A stretch of DNA of 64,000 bases, taken from positions 132,143 through 196,142 of the forward strand of contig CAYZYP010000001.1 of assembly GCA_964482695.1 (NCBI GenBank), in the 5' to 3' direction. Source of the stretch: an uncultured Gammaproteobacteria bacterium (GTDB lineage Bacteria > Patescibacteriota > Patescibacteriia > Magasanikbacterales > GWA2-37-8). The notes below the pieces were generated by a model. That model was not told the DNA's origin. It saw only the letters and a list, made by a program, of their open reading frames with translations, and searched no databases. Positions 54,697-64,000 of the stretch are shown here, one piece after another. How positions within the stretch are numbered: position 1 is the first letter of the stretch; every line of letters begins with the position of its first letter. The position numbers and the translations under genes are program-made.

Positions 54697-56136
54697 ATGT
54701 TTAAATACACAAAAATTGGAGTGACTATTGGGCCTTCTTGCCAAGAGGTTGAGATTTTAGTTAACATGGTAAAAGCTGGCATGAATTTTGCGCGATTGAA
54801 TTTCTCTCATGGCGATTACGATAGCCATAAAAAAATGATAGAAAATATCAGAAAGGTAGAAAAAATTACTGGCGAGCCAATAGCTATTATGCAAGACTTG
54901 CACGGCCCTAAAATACGTTTGGGGATTCTGCCTGGGGTGGGGGTTAAAATAGAAAAAGATAAAGAAGTGGTTTTGAATACTGCTATAAAAAATTATACTG
55001 CTCGTGAATTGCCAATTGACTGCGAAGTATTGCACCAGTTTTTAAATAAAAAAGAGCGGGTGCTAATAGACGATGGCCGCATGGAATTGGTGATAAAAAA
55101 AATAGAAGGCGCTAAAATTATTTGTCAGGTAATAGAAGGTGGCGTGCTTTATTCGCATAAAGGTTTGAATTTGCCGGACAGTAAATTAAATATTAGCCCT
55201 TTGGGCGAAAAAGATAAAGAAGATATAAAATTTGGCATTAAAAATGGAGTTGACACGATAGCGATGTCTTTTGTTACTTGCGCTAAAGATATTTTGGATT
55301 TGCGTTTTTTGATTAAACAATGCGAGCAAGAATTAAAAATTGCTAACGCGCGGCCAATTCAAATTTTTGCTAAGATAGAAAGGCACGAAGCAGTTGACAA
55401 TATCAAAGAAATTTTGGAAGCGACTGATGGTATTATTGTCGCGAGAGGAGATTTGGGGCTAGAAATGCCGGCGGCCGAAGTGCCGTTGGCGCAAAAAATG
55501 ATTATAGATATTTCTAATGCCGCGGCCAAACCAGTGATTGTTGCCACGCAAATGCTTGATTCTATGCGTGTTAATCGCCGGCCGACTCGCGCCGAGGTTA
55601 GCGATGTGGCTAACGCGGTTATAGATCATTCAGACGCGTTACTCTTAACCAACGAAACAGCCACCGGAGACTTTCCATTGTTGGTAGTAGAAACAATGAC
55701 TAATATTATTTTAGCCACCGAAAAATCTGTTTACGACGACACTTCGTTGCCATCTATTCGTAAAAAAGGCACGGCAGTAGATACCGCTATCACAGAGTTG
55801 TCGCGCGTTTTAGCCGAAGAAGTTAGCGCCAAATTAATATTAGCGGCCTCTATAACCGGCGAAACAGGCCGGCTTATTAGCCATGTTCGTCCTCTGTTGC
55901 CAATTTTAGTGGCAACCAGCGATCAGAAAGTTTGGCGGCAATTAAACATAACTTGGGGAGTAAAACCGTTTCAATTAGAACCTTGTCATTCTATAGAAGA
56001 ATTAGTGGAACGATCTATTATGTATATCAAAAAAAATAAAATAGCCAAGAAAAATGATTTAATGATTGTCGTAGCCGGCGAGCCTGTTGGCCAAGCGGGC
56101 AAGGTGAACTTGGTGGAAGTAAGAGAGATAAATTAA
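54697..56136 (+). CDS. pyk: Pyruvate kinase
   Basis: TKIGVTIGP, ARLNFSHG, DLHGPKIR, AKIE, VARGDLG, ATQMLDSM, PTRAEVSDVANA. Confidence 0.97.
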   Translation: MFKYTKIGVTIGPSCQEVEILVNMVKAGMNFARLNFSHGDYDSHKKMIENIRKVEKITGEPIAIMQDLHGPKIRLGILPGVGVKIEKDKEVVLNTAIKNYTARELPIDCEVLHQFLNKKERVLIDDGRMELVIKKIEGAKIICQVIEGGVLYSHKGLNLPDSKLNISPLGEKDKEDIKFGIKNGVDTIAMSFVTCAKDILDLRFLIKQCEQELKIANARPIQIFAKIERHEAVDNIKEILEATDGIIVARGDLGLEMPAAEVPLAQKMIIDISNAAAKPVIVATQMLDSMRVNRRPTRAEVSDVANAVIDHSDALLLTNETATGDFPLLVVETMTNIILATEKSVYDDTSLPSIRKKGTAVDTAITELSRVLAEEVSAKLILAASITGETGRLISHVRPLLPILVATSDQKVWRQLNITWGVKPFQLEPCHSIEELVERSIMYIKKNKIAKKNDLMIVVAGEPVGQAGKVNLVEVREIN

Positions 56137-56138
56137 AA

Positions 56139-56167
56139 TATAGGGGCGGGGTAATCCCGCCCCTATA
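56139..56167. terminator. REP-like 12-bp hairpin between convergent genes
   Basis: tataggggcggg-gtaat-cccgcccctata. Confidence 0.65.
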
Positions 56168-56172
56168 AAATT

Positions 56173-56823
56173 TTATACCGCCAGACTAACCCTCGATGGT
56201 GTTGGGGAGGAAGTTTTAGAAGGCGAAGAAGGCAGTGGCCGGTTGCCAAGTTTGTTGGCGCTAGTAAAGCGATTGGAAGAGGTGTTTAGTTTATTAGCGT
56301 TAGAAAATGATTTATTTAAAGAACGATTAAAAGTTTCACCAGCGGCATGGTATTTTTGCACCGACGTTTGCGCGTTGGTATTTAATTTATTAGCGCTAGA
56401 AATACCTTGCGCCTGTTCTATATCTTTGCCTTGCTCTATAAAACGTTCAATTCTGTCACTGGCAGTAGTGGTATTGTGGCCAAAATGAGCGATCATTTTT
56501 TTAACTGTGTTTTTTACTAATGTATTATTAGCAATTTCTTTATCTTCTGCCATTATTTTTCTGAAAACTATTTTTTGTTCATTGGTGTTTAAACCGCCGC
56601 TTCTAATTTTTCTTTTAATGAAATCCTTGTCAAATATTTTGGTAATAGCGCCAACGTGTTCTTTGAGAGGATGCAAAACATTTGAGCCGCTATTGGTTAG
56701 GTGGTGTAAAGAGGTTGCTAAATTACTGCTTCTTGGACCAGCGCCAGCTTTGGCTGTAAATTTATGAAAGTCTTGAGGCAGGCCGTGGATAGAATGGGCA
56801 GAAGCAGTAGGTTTGTTAAACAT
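56173..56823 (-). CDS. Hypothetical low-complexity protein
   Basis: 216-aa ORF downstream of tRNA-Pro; three ANKL(N/G) repeats; Ser/Pro-rich tail. Confidence 0.6.
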   Translation of the reverse strand: MFNKPTASAHSIHGLPQDFHKFTAKAGAGPRSSNLATSLHHLTNSGSNVLHPLKEHVGAITKIFDKDFIKRKIRSGGLNTNEQKIVFRKIMAEDKEIANNTLVKNTVKKMIAHFGHNTTTASDRIERFIEQGKDIEQAQGISSANKLNTNAQTSVQKYHAAGETFNRSLNKSFSNANKLNTSSNRFTSANKLGNRPLPSSPSKTSSPTPSRVSLAV

Positions 56824-56844
56824 AAATTAAAATTTTAAAATTAG

Positions 56845-56917
56845 TCGGGCTGGCGGGACTTGAACCCGCGGCCTCATGGTCCCGAACCATGCGCGCTACC
56901 AACTGCGCTACAACCCG
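56845..56917 (-). tRNA. tRNA-Pro (anticodon CGG), full CCA not encoded
   Basis: CGGGTTG acceptor stem, TAGCGCAGTTGGTAGCGC D-arm, CATGG-TTCGGGA-CCATG anticodon arm, GGTTCAAGTCC T-arm. Confidence 0.97.
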
Positions 56918-57011
56918 TTTATGGCATAATAACACCTTTTTTAGCGCTTTTCAAGAGGGGAATGGTGTGATATAATTAGCGTAGTTAAAACTTATAGTCA
57001 GTTTTTTCACT

Positions 57012-57162
57012 TGTCATTCTGAGCAAAGCGCCCGCCTACCATCGCCTTCGGCTCAGGCCGATGGCGGGCAGGAAGAATCCCTTTCTGTTAAAGGCAGACT
57101 TGCCTCTGACGGAAACATCAAAAAAAGGATCCTTCGGTCGCTAGTGCTCCCTCAGGATGACA
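57012..57162. repeat. TGTCAT...ATGACA palindromic element with nested hairpin insertion
   Basis: tgtcattctgagcaaagcg[42 nt]aagaatcc...ggatccttcg...ctcaggatgaca. Confidence 0.85.
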
Positions 57163-57178
57163 AACAATTTTTAATTTT

Positions 57179-58210
57179 ATGAATCTAAAAGCCTATTTCA
57201 AACAAGCCATTAAACAAGAAGCTTCTGATTTGCATTTGGTTGGCGATGAATTGCCAATGATTAGAATAGAAGGTGAACTAAAAGAATTAGAAAGCAAAAA
57301 ATTAAATAATAGCGAATTAAAGACGGCAATAATGGGTTTGTTGTCTAAAGAACAGCAAAAAAAATACGAAGAAGAAATGGAGTTAGATTTTAGTTACGAG
57401 GTAGACAGCACGCGTTTCCGCGTTAATTTACATCAACAAAACGAAAATATAGGTTTAAGCGCCAGATTAGTACCCCAAGAGGTGCCATCGCCAGAAGATT
57501 TAGGCTTTGTACCTTCTTTGATAGATTTAACAAAAACTTTAGATGGTTTAGTTTTGGTAACTGGTCCAACAGGCTGCGGCAAATCTACTACCATAGCTTC
57601 TATAATAGAAGAAATTAATAAAACTCGTAGAGCCCATATTATTACAGTAGAAGACCCCATAGAATTTGTTTTTACCGATAAAAAAAGTTTGATTGAACAA
57701 AGAGAAATTGGCACTGATACCAAATCTTTTGCCAGCGCTTTAAAACATGTTTTACGCCAAGACCCAAACGTAATTTTTGTTGGTGAAATGCGCGACCCAG
57801 AAACAATTGCCACCGTGCTGACAGCGGCGGAAACAGGACATTTGGTATTTTCTACTCTGCATACGCCTAGCGCGGCCGAAGCGGTAGAGCGCATTGTTGA
57901 TGTTTTTGAAGGTTCGCGTCAAAAACAAGTTTTAATTCAGTTATCAACAGTATTAAGGGCTGTTGTAGCTCAACAGCTTTTGCCGTCTAAAGACGGTGGG
58001 CGAGTAGCTGCCAGAGAAATTTTAGTTAATACCCCGGCGGTCGCTAATTTAATACGTGAAAATAGTATCACCCAAATCAAATCAGCTATTCAAACCGGCG
58101 CCAAAGAAGGCATGATCACTATGGAAAATTCGGTTAAACAATTACTAAAAGATGGCTGGATAACAGAAGATATAGCTGACAGAAGAACAGGGAGAGTGAA
58201 GAAAGTATAA
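57179..58210 (+). CDS. pilT: Type IV pilus retraction ATPase PilT/PilU family
   Basis: ASDLHL, GPTGCGKST, TVEDPIE, LRQDPNVIFVGEMRD, AETGHLVFSTLHT. Confidence 0.93.
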   Translation: MNLKAYFKQAIKQEASDLHLVGDELPMIRIEGELKELESKKLNNSELKTAIMGLLSKEQQKKYEEEMELDFSYEVDSTRFRVNLHQQNENIGLSARLVPQEVPSPEDLGFVPSLIDLTKTLDGLVLVTGPTGCGKSTTIASIIEEINKTRRAHIITVEDPIEFVFTDKKSLIEQREIGTDTKSFASALKHVLRQDPNVIFVGEMRDPETIATVLTAAETGHLVFSTLHTPSAAEAVERIVDVFEGSRQKQVLIQLSTVLRAVVAQQLLPSKDGGRVAAREILVNTPAVANLIRENSITQIKSAIQTGAKEGMITMENSVKQLLKDGWITEDIADRRTGRVKKV

Positions 58211-58282
58211 AAGAGTTTTTAACAAAGAAGTCCGCTAACGAGTTGTAAAAAAATTGGACTTTTGATTTTATAGAAACGTACT

Positions 58283-59767
58283 GTGGATTTATTAAAAATT
58301 TTTATTGTAATAACTAAATTAGCTAAAAAAGAAAAAACCCCTGTCTATATTGTCGGCGGTTATGTTAGAGATTTGTTAAGAGGCGTTAAAAATAGCAAAG
58401 ATATTGATTTTGTTGTAGAAGGCAGCGGGATAGAATTCGCGGAAAAATTTGATCAAGAGGTGAAAAAAATTGGCAGACTAATAACTTTTTTGGAATTTGA
58501 TACCGCCAGATATCTTTTTTTAGACAGTAACGATAAAATTTTATTAGAATTAGAATTTGCTGGGGCTAGAAAAGAAGAATATAATAAAAATTCACGCAAA
58601 CCAAAAGTAGAAAAAACAACCCTAGAACAAGATTTATCGCGCAGAGATTTTACGGTAAATGCGATGGCCATAGATGTCGTAAAATATCAAAAACATATAA
58701 GTATAAAAAGAAATGATGATAGAAAAATAAATAAAAGAATTTTTATTGATCCTTTTGACGGGCAGAATGATTTAAAAGAGGGTGTCTTGCGCACCCCACT
58801 TGATCCAGATAAGACATTTTTAGACGATCCTTTGCGCATGATGCGCGCTATTCGCTTCGCTGGCCAGCTGAATTTGTCGGTCGCGCCACATACTTTGGAA
58901 GCGATTTATCGCAATCGTCAAAGATTAAAAATCGTTTCCGCCGAACGAATACAAGAAGAATTGTTTAAAATGTTGGCTTGCCAAAAGCCGTCAATCTGCT
59001 TTACTTTGATGTTTCAAACTCATTTACTGGACGCGGTTTTACCAGAAGTGGCAAGACTTGACGGTGTAGAAGAAATATATGGCCACCAACATAAAAATAA
59101 TTTAGTGCATACTTTTAAAGTGGTTGATAATATTGCCGAAAGGACAGAAAAGACAGAATTGCGATTGGCCGGACTTCTGCATGATATTGGAAAATATACT
59201 ACCAAAAAGTTTATTCCACGAATTGGTTGGACTTTTTATCAACACGAACATGTTGGCAGAAAATTAGTTTATGAAATTGGCAAGCGCTTGCGTTTTGCCA
59301 ATGATAAAATTTCTTACCTGGCCAAAATAGTGCGTTGGCACCAACAGCCGATTAGTTTAATGGACGAGGGTATAACCGACTCAGCTGTTCGCCGCTTAAT
59401 TGTTAATTTAGGCGAAGAATTAGAAGATTTGCTAATTTTGGGAGTGAGTGATATAACAACAGGTAATCCATATAAATTAAAGAAACGGCAAGAAAATTAC
59501 GTTCGTCTACGAAAAAGGATAACAGAAGTAATTGAAAAAGATAAATTGCGCGCTTTTCAATCGCCAGTGCGCGGAGAAGAAATAATAAAAGAGTGCGGCC
59601 TAAAACCAGGGCCAACAGTTGGTAAGATAAAAGAAGCGATAGAAGAAGCTATTTTAGATGGGAAAATCCCCAACGAATATGAGGCGGCAAAAAAGTACCT
59701 TGGTAAAATTAAAGGACAGTATTTGAACAAGGCAGCTGATTGGGAAATCTTAAATCTTAAATTTTAA
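58283..59767 (+). CDS. cca: CCA tRNA nucleotidyltransferase with HD domain
   Basis: VGGYVRD, DIDF, RRDFTVNA, DDPLRMMRAIRF, SAERI, LLHDIGK. Confidence 0.88.
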   Translation: MDLLKIFIVITKLAKKEKTPVYIVGGYVRDLLRGVKNSKDIDFVVEGSGIEFAEKFDQEVKKIGRLITFLEFDTARYLFLDSNDKILLELEFAGARKEEYNKNSRKPKVEKTTLEQDLSRRDFTVNAMAIDVVKYQKHISIKRNDDRKINKRIFIDPFDGQNDLKEGVLRTPLDPDKTFLDDPLRMMRAIRFAGQLNLSVAPHTLEAIYRNRQRLKIVSAERIQEELFKMLACQKPSICFTLMFQTHLLDAVLPEVARLDGVEEIYGHQHKNNLVHTFKVVDNIAERTEKTELRLAGLLHDIGKYTTKKFIPRIGWTFYQHEHVGRKLVYEIGKRLRFANDKISYLAKIVRWHQQPISLMDEGITDSAVRRLIVNLGEELEDLLILGVSDITTGNPYKLKKRQENYVRLRKRITEVIEKDKLRAFQSPVRGEEIIKECGLKPGPTVGKIKEAIEEAILDGKIPNEYEAAKKYLGKIKGQYLNKAADWEILNLKF

Positions 59768-59774
59768 ATTATTT

Positions 59775-61541
59775 ATGTCTATTTTTAAACGTAAATCATT
59801 CTATATTATTATCGTTATTATTTTGTTGGCTGTTAGCGGTTATGTTTACACTCGGTATAAAAAAGCAAACAAACCAATTGAATACGAAACAGTTAAAGTT
59901 TTGAAAGGAGATTTGACTAGCACAGTGGACGCTACCGGTAAAATTCAATCAACAAGCGATTTATCTTTGCGTTTTGAAACCGCAGGAACTTTGGAAACAA
60001 TAAAAATAAAAGAAGGTGATAAAGTAAAATCCGGAGATTTATTGGCAAATTTGAATTTAGCCGAATTAAACGCGGCCGTAGCGCAAGCACAAGCTAATTT
60101 AAATAAACAGTTAGCTGGTTCTACAAGCGAAGAATTGTCTTCTTTGAGAGCTGCCATGGAAAACGCCAAAGCTGCTTTGGATAAAGCCAGCGCAGACGCT
60201 TCTAGCACAATAAATACGGCCGAGTCGGCGGTGGAAACAGCTAAAAATAATCTAAAACTAGCCGAAGGCGGTGACAGTAGTAAAATAGTTAGCAATGAAT
60301 ACCAGACCGCGGTTGCTCTACTCCAAAAAATATCTTCTATTTTAGACGACGCCTTAATTCAATCAGATAATATTTTAGGTGTTGACAACACTATAGTTAA
60401 CGACGGTTTTGAAGAATATTTATCTACACAAGATACTGCTAAATTAAACGCAGCCAAAAATTATTTTCCTTACGCCAAAGAAGCCAAAAAGAAAGCTAAT
60501 GACTTAATTTTGCCGCTGACAACTTTAAGCGTTCAAGCTGACGTTGACAAAGCCCTTAACGAAACCGAAACAGCCTTGTCTAAAATGAATCAACTATTGG
60601 TTTATACAGCCGATGTTTTAAATTATACGCCGCCAGTTGGCGCTTTAAGCGCCGCGGCGCTTGATACCAAAAAAACTACTATTACCACTTCTCGTTCTTC
60701 TGTAACTACACAATATTCATCTGTCATAGCGCAAAAACAGGCTATTGCTACCGCTAAAAATAGTTATAATAATTATTTAATCGCGTATAATAAGGCGTTA
60801 AATGATTTAGCAACAGCCAAAAATCAGACAGCTGCCAGTATAAAAGTTTATGAAGCTGCTTATAATCAAGCCACGGCTAATTACAAAAATAAATTAAATC
60901 CGCCGCGCGAAGTAGATGTGGCTTATTATCGAGCCGCTTTGGCGCAGGTAATAGCTAATCGCGACAAAGCAGTTTTGAAAGCGCCGATGGATGGCACAAT
61001 AACAAAAGTTAACAAGAAAAAAGGTGAATATGTTTCTATTGCCGACACGATGTTAGAAATGGTGGCACCGCATTATGAAATTCAGGTGGATATACCAGAA
61101 ACAGATGTTTCCAAAATTAATCTTAACAATGATGTTGATTTTACATTAGACGCTTTTGGAGATGATTTAAAATTTAAGGGTAAGATAATAACCATAGATC
61201 CTCAGTCAACAGAAATACAAGATGTGGTTTATTATAAAGTAAAGATTTCCATTGACGCTAGTTCAACCATAAAATACACCAAAGATAAACAAATAAAACC
61301 AGGCATGACAGCTAATGCGACCATTAACACAGACAAGACCGGTGTTTTAAAAGGAGTATTGTATGTTCCTTTGCGAACAGTTTTAAATAAAAATGGCAAT
61401 AAATATGTTCGTGTTCTTCTTGAAAATAATCAGTTGAAAGAAATAAACGTCGTATTAGGATTAAAGGCCGACAACGGCATGGTGGTAATAAGTAGTGGGT
61501 TAAAAGAGGGAGATGTGGTGGTAGTAAGTGAAAAAAAATAA
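59775..61541 (+). CDS. Membrane-fusion/adaptor subunit (MacA/HlyD-like) with long coiled coil
   Basis: N-terminal TM, IKEGDKVKSGD, LKAPMDGTI, IPETDV, KPGMTA, SGLKEGD. Confidence 0.88.
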   Translation: MSIFKRKSFYIIIVIILLAVSGYVYTRYKKANKPIEYETVKVLKGDLTSTVDATGKIQSTSDLSLRFETAGTLETIKIKEGDKVKSGDLLANLNLAELNAAVAQAQANLNKQLAGSTSEELSSLRAAMENAKAALDKASADASSTINTAESAVETAKNNLKLAEGGDSSKIVSNEYQTAVALLQKISSILDDALIQSDNILGVDNTIVNDGFEEYLSTQDTAKLNAAKNYFPYAKEAKKKANDLILPLTTLSVQADVDKALNETETALSKMNQLLVYTADVLNYTPPVGALSAAALDTKKTTITTSRSSVTTQYSSVIAQKQAIATAKNSYNNYLIAYNKALNDLATAKNQTAASIKVYEAAYNQATANYKNKLNPPREVDVAYYRAALAQVIANRDKAVLKAPMDGTITKVNKKKGEYVSIADTMLEMVAPHYEIQVDIPETDVSKINLNNDVDFTLDAFGDDLKFKGKIITIDPQSTEIQDVVYYKVKISIDASSTIKYTKDKQIKPGMTANATINTDKTGVLKGVLYVPLRTVLNKNGNKYVRVLLENNQLKEINVVLGLKADNGMVVISSGLKEGDVVVVSEKK

Positions 61542-61545
61542 CCGT

Positions 61546-62268
61546 ATGCCTTTAATAGAAATTAAAAATTTAATTAGGGATTATCAAAACGAAGAGGTGA
61601 TAACTCATGTTTTATGCGGGTTGACTTTTGATATAGAAAAGGGTGAATTTGTTTCTATTATGGGGCCGAGCGGATCTGGCAAGTCAACTTTAATGCATAT
61701 TTTAGGCTTTTTAGATACTCTAACTTCTGGGCAATATAATTTTGGCGGTCAAGATGTTAGCAGTTTAACAGACGATGAATTAGCAGAAATGCGTCGCGCG
61801 AAAGTTGGTTTTATTTTTCAAGCTTTTAATTTGTTGGCGCGTTCTTCTGTTTTGGAAAATGTAATGTTGCCAATGTTTTATTCTAAAATTTCTCCAACCA
61901 AAAGAGAACAAAAAGCCAAAGCTGTGCTAGAAGCGGTTGGTTTGTCTCATAGATTGGCGTACACGCCAAACAAATTATCTGGCGGTGAAAAGCAGCGGGT
62001 AGCTATCGCGCGCGCTTTGGTAAATGATCCAGATATTATCTTTGCCGACGAACCAACAGGCAATTTGGATTCAAAATCTGGTTTGCAAGTAATGAAAATA
62101 TTGCAAAAATTAAACGATGAAGGGCGTACGATTATTTTAGTAACACACGAAAAATATACTGCCGAACACGCTAAGCGTATTTTGCAGATAAAAGACGGGT
62201 TGTTAGTAGGCGATTTCGCGGTGAAAAATAGACTGGTGGCGGAGAACAATGGAGAGTTGATAAAATAA
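61546..62268 (+). CDS. ABC transporter ATP-binding protein (MacB/LolD-like)
   Basis: GPSGSGKST, GFIFQAFNL, LSGGEKQRVAIARA, ADEPTGNLD. Confidence 0.93.
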   Translation: MPLIEIKNLIRDYQNEEVITHVLCGLTFDIEKGEFVSIMGPSGSGKSTLMHILGFLDTLTSGQYNFGGQDVSSLTDDELAEMRRAKVGFIFQAFNLLARSSVLENVMLPMFYSKISPTKREQKAKAVLEAVGLSHRLAYTPNKLSGGEKQRVAIARALVNDPDIIFADEPTGNLDSKSGLQVMKILQKLNDEGRTIILVTHEKYTAEHAKRILQIKDGLLVGDFAVKNRLVAENNGELIK

Positions 62269-62291
62269 TTTAGCATAAAGTTTGCTAAAAT

Positions 62292-62393
62292 GTTACGCAT
62301 GGCGCCAAAGGATATGACTTTTTGGATCGTCCCGCCAAGGCGGGATAGCCCGTCGCCCAAAAAGTAATATTCTTTGGCGTGACGTGGAAACAA
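62292..62393 (+). other. Intergenic long hairpin with nested GC hairpin
   Basis: 62303-62325 pairs with 62357-62379 (one G-U, one mismatch); inner tcccgccaaggcggga. Confidence 0.7.
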
Positions 62394-62408
62394 CAGTAAA
62401 TTAAATTT

Positions 62409-63644
62409 ATGAATTTTTTAGAGAATGTTTACAACACATGGCATGTTCTTGGCCGCAATAAAGCGCGGTCGTTTTTAACAATGCTCGGTGTTATAATAGG
62501 CGTAATGTCTGTTATTATTATAATGTCAGTCGGGGCAGGGGCGCAGAGTTTGATTCTTAATCAGATAAAAAGCATGGGCTCTGATTTGATTGGCGTTTTG
62601 CCTGGCAAATCCGACGAAAGCGGTCCGCCAGCATCGGCTATGGGGATTTTAATAACCTCGCTTAAGTACAAAGATGTCCAAGAATTGGTTAAGGGATACG
62701 CGCCAATTATAGCAGGCGCTGGTTATGTACGCGGCACTGATACAGTAGCTTGGGGATTTAATAAAGTAGATACTAATTTTGTTGGCACTAACGCTGATTA
62801 TATAAATGTAGAAAATGGAAAGGTGGAAAAAGGCCGTTTTTTTACATTAGCCGACGAAAACAGCAGTGCGCCAGTGGCTGTTTTGGGTAGTCAGGTAGTA
62901 AAAGATTTGTTTAATGGTTTAGATCCTATTGGCCAAAAAATTAAAATTAAAAAAACTAATTTTTTAGTTATTGGCACTATAGAAGAAAGAGGAGTGAGCG
63001 GTTTTCAAAATCAAGATAATCAAATTTTTGTGCCCATCACCACAGCGCAAAAGTTGTTATTGGGCATAGATTATATTAGCTTCGCTCGTCTAAAAGTTGA
63101 CCGTCCAGAGAATATAGATAAAAGCATGGAATATATTACCGCTCGTTTGCGTGAATTGCATAATATAGATAAGCCAGAAAACGATGATTTCTCGGTACGT
63201 TCTATGGCTCAGGGATTAGAAGTTTTTACCAATATTACCAATGCTTTAAGAGTATTTTTGGCTGCTATTGCCAGCATTGCGCTTGTTGTCGGCGGTATCG
63301 GCATTATGAATATTATGTTAGCGGCTGTGCGCGAGAGAACGAGAGAAATTGGTTTGCGCAAAGCTGTTGGCGCTAAAAATAAAAATATAATTGGTCAATT
63401 TTTAATAGAAACAGTTATCATTACTTTTATTGGCGGTTTAATAGGTATTATTTTAGGCGTGCTTATTACAATTATGGTTGCCAAAATAGCGCAGAGCATT
63501 GGTTATTCGTGGGATTTAATTATCTCGTTGCCATCTATATTTCTGGCGGTTGTTGTTTCTATTTCTATAGGCTTGATTTTTGGCATAATGCCAGCCCTCC
63601 GCGCTAGCCGATTGGATCCAATAGAAGCATTAAGGCACGAATAA
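62409..63644 (+). CDS. ABC transporter permease (MacB-like)
   Basis: RSFLTMLGVIIGV, GGIGIMNIML, ERTREIGLRKAVGA, PA.RASRLDPIEALR. Confidence 0.93.
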   Translation: MNFLENVYNTWHVLGRNKARSFLTMLGVIIGVMSVIIIMSVGAGAQSLILNQIKSMGSDLIGVLPGKSDESGPPASAMGILITSLKYKDVQELVKGYAPIIAGAGYVRGTDTVAWGFNKVDTNFVGTNADYINVENGKVEKGRFFTLADENSSAPVAVLGSQVVKDLFNGLDPIGQKIKIKKTNFLVIGTIEERGVSGFQNQDNQIFVPITTAQKLLLGIDYISFARLKVDRPENIDKSMEYITARLRELHNIDKPENDDFSVRSMAQGLEVFTNITNALRVFLAAIASIALVVGGIGIMNIMLAAVRERTREIGLRKAVGAKNKNIIGQFLIETVIITFIGGLIGIILGVLITIMVAKIAQSIGYSWDLIISLPSIFLAVVVSISIGLIFGIMPALRASRLDPIEALRHE

Positions 63645-63645
63645 T

Positions 63646-64000
63646 ATGCGTTTTACAAATTTACATTTTGCTATTTCAGCTTTAAAAGTGCAAAAAATGC
63701 GTTCTATTTTAACTATTCTTGGTATTAGTATTGGCATCGCGATTGTCATCGCGATAATGTCGGCCGGGCGTGGTTTAGATCGTTATTTAGCTAGTCAGTT
63801 AGAAGTATTTGGTTCGGATATGGTTTGGATAGAAGTAAAAGTGCCAAGTGTTAAAAAAACTTCTAATGAAAATGCTATTGGCCAGGCTACTGGTATTACT
63901 ATTACTACCATGAAAAACAAGGACGTAGAATCTGTTAATAAACATAATAATATTGTCGCGGCCTATAGCTGGCTCATGGGGCAAGAAGTGGTGAGTTATC
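63646..64000 (+). CDS. Second MacB-like ABC permease, truncated by window edge
   Basis: ATG 63646 opens MRFTNLHFAISALKVQKMRSILTILGISIGIAIVIAIMSAGRG, open to the window end. Confidence 0.85.
   Translation, partial: MRFTNLHFAISALKVQKMRSILTILGISIGIAIVIAIMSAGRGLDRYLASQLEVFGSDMVWIEVKVPSVKKTSNENAIGQATGITITTMKNKDVESVNKHNNIVAAYSWLMGQEVVSY

Overview
AT-rich bacterial chromosome segment in standard genetic code. Gene content and style suggest a Patescibacteria/CPR (Parcubacteria/ABY1-like) genome; this is inference, not a database result. About 1-27 kb is a large surface-glycan locus: a GT9 heptosyltransferase and hldD, a dehydrogenase/SIS/phosphatase/KdsB-like cassette, a Wzx flippase, nucleotide-sugar dehydrogenases, rmlB with a plant/giant-virus-type epimerase-reductase, long-form rmlA and many GT2/GT4 genes, interrupted by rpmA and ftsW. 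The rest holds glyA, elp3 next to a Trm9-like methyltransferase, metK, an ECF sigma factor with a putative anti-sigma, a 1222-aa S-layer-like protein, nrdR, pyk, pilT, cca, a MacAB-like transporter and two tRNAs (Val-TAC, Pro-CGG). The most notable signals are: (1) a 375-bp element made only of a GIY-YIG nuclease gene between perfect 38-bp terminal inverted repeats, plus four gene-less TGTCAT...ATGA(C/T)A relatives; (2) two copies of an unexplained hairpin with a conserved core and co-varying perfect 35-bp stems; (3) palindromic repeats inserted in frame inside proteins; (4) an Elp3 plus Trm9-like pair suggesting eukaryote/archaea-like mcm5U wobble modification; (5) a 36.9-38.3 kb micro-gene island with an FtsZ-tail-like peptide and an unannotated CPxCG zinc finger.
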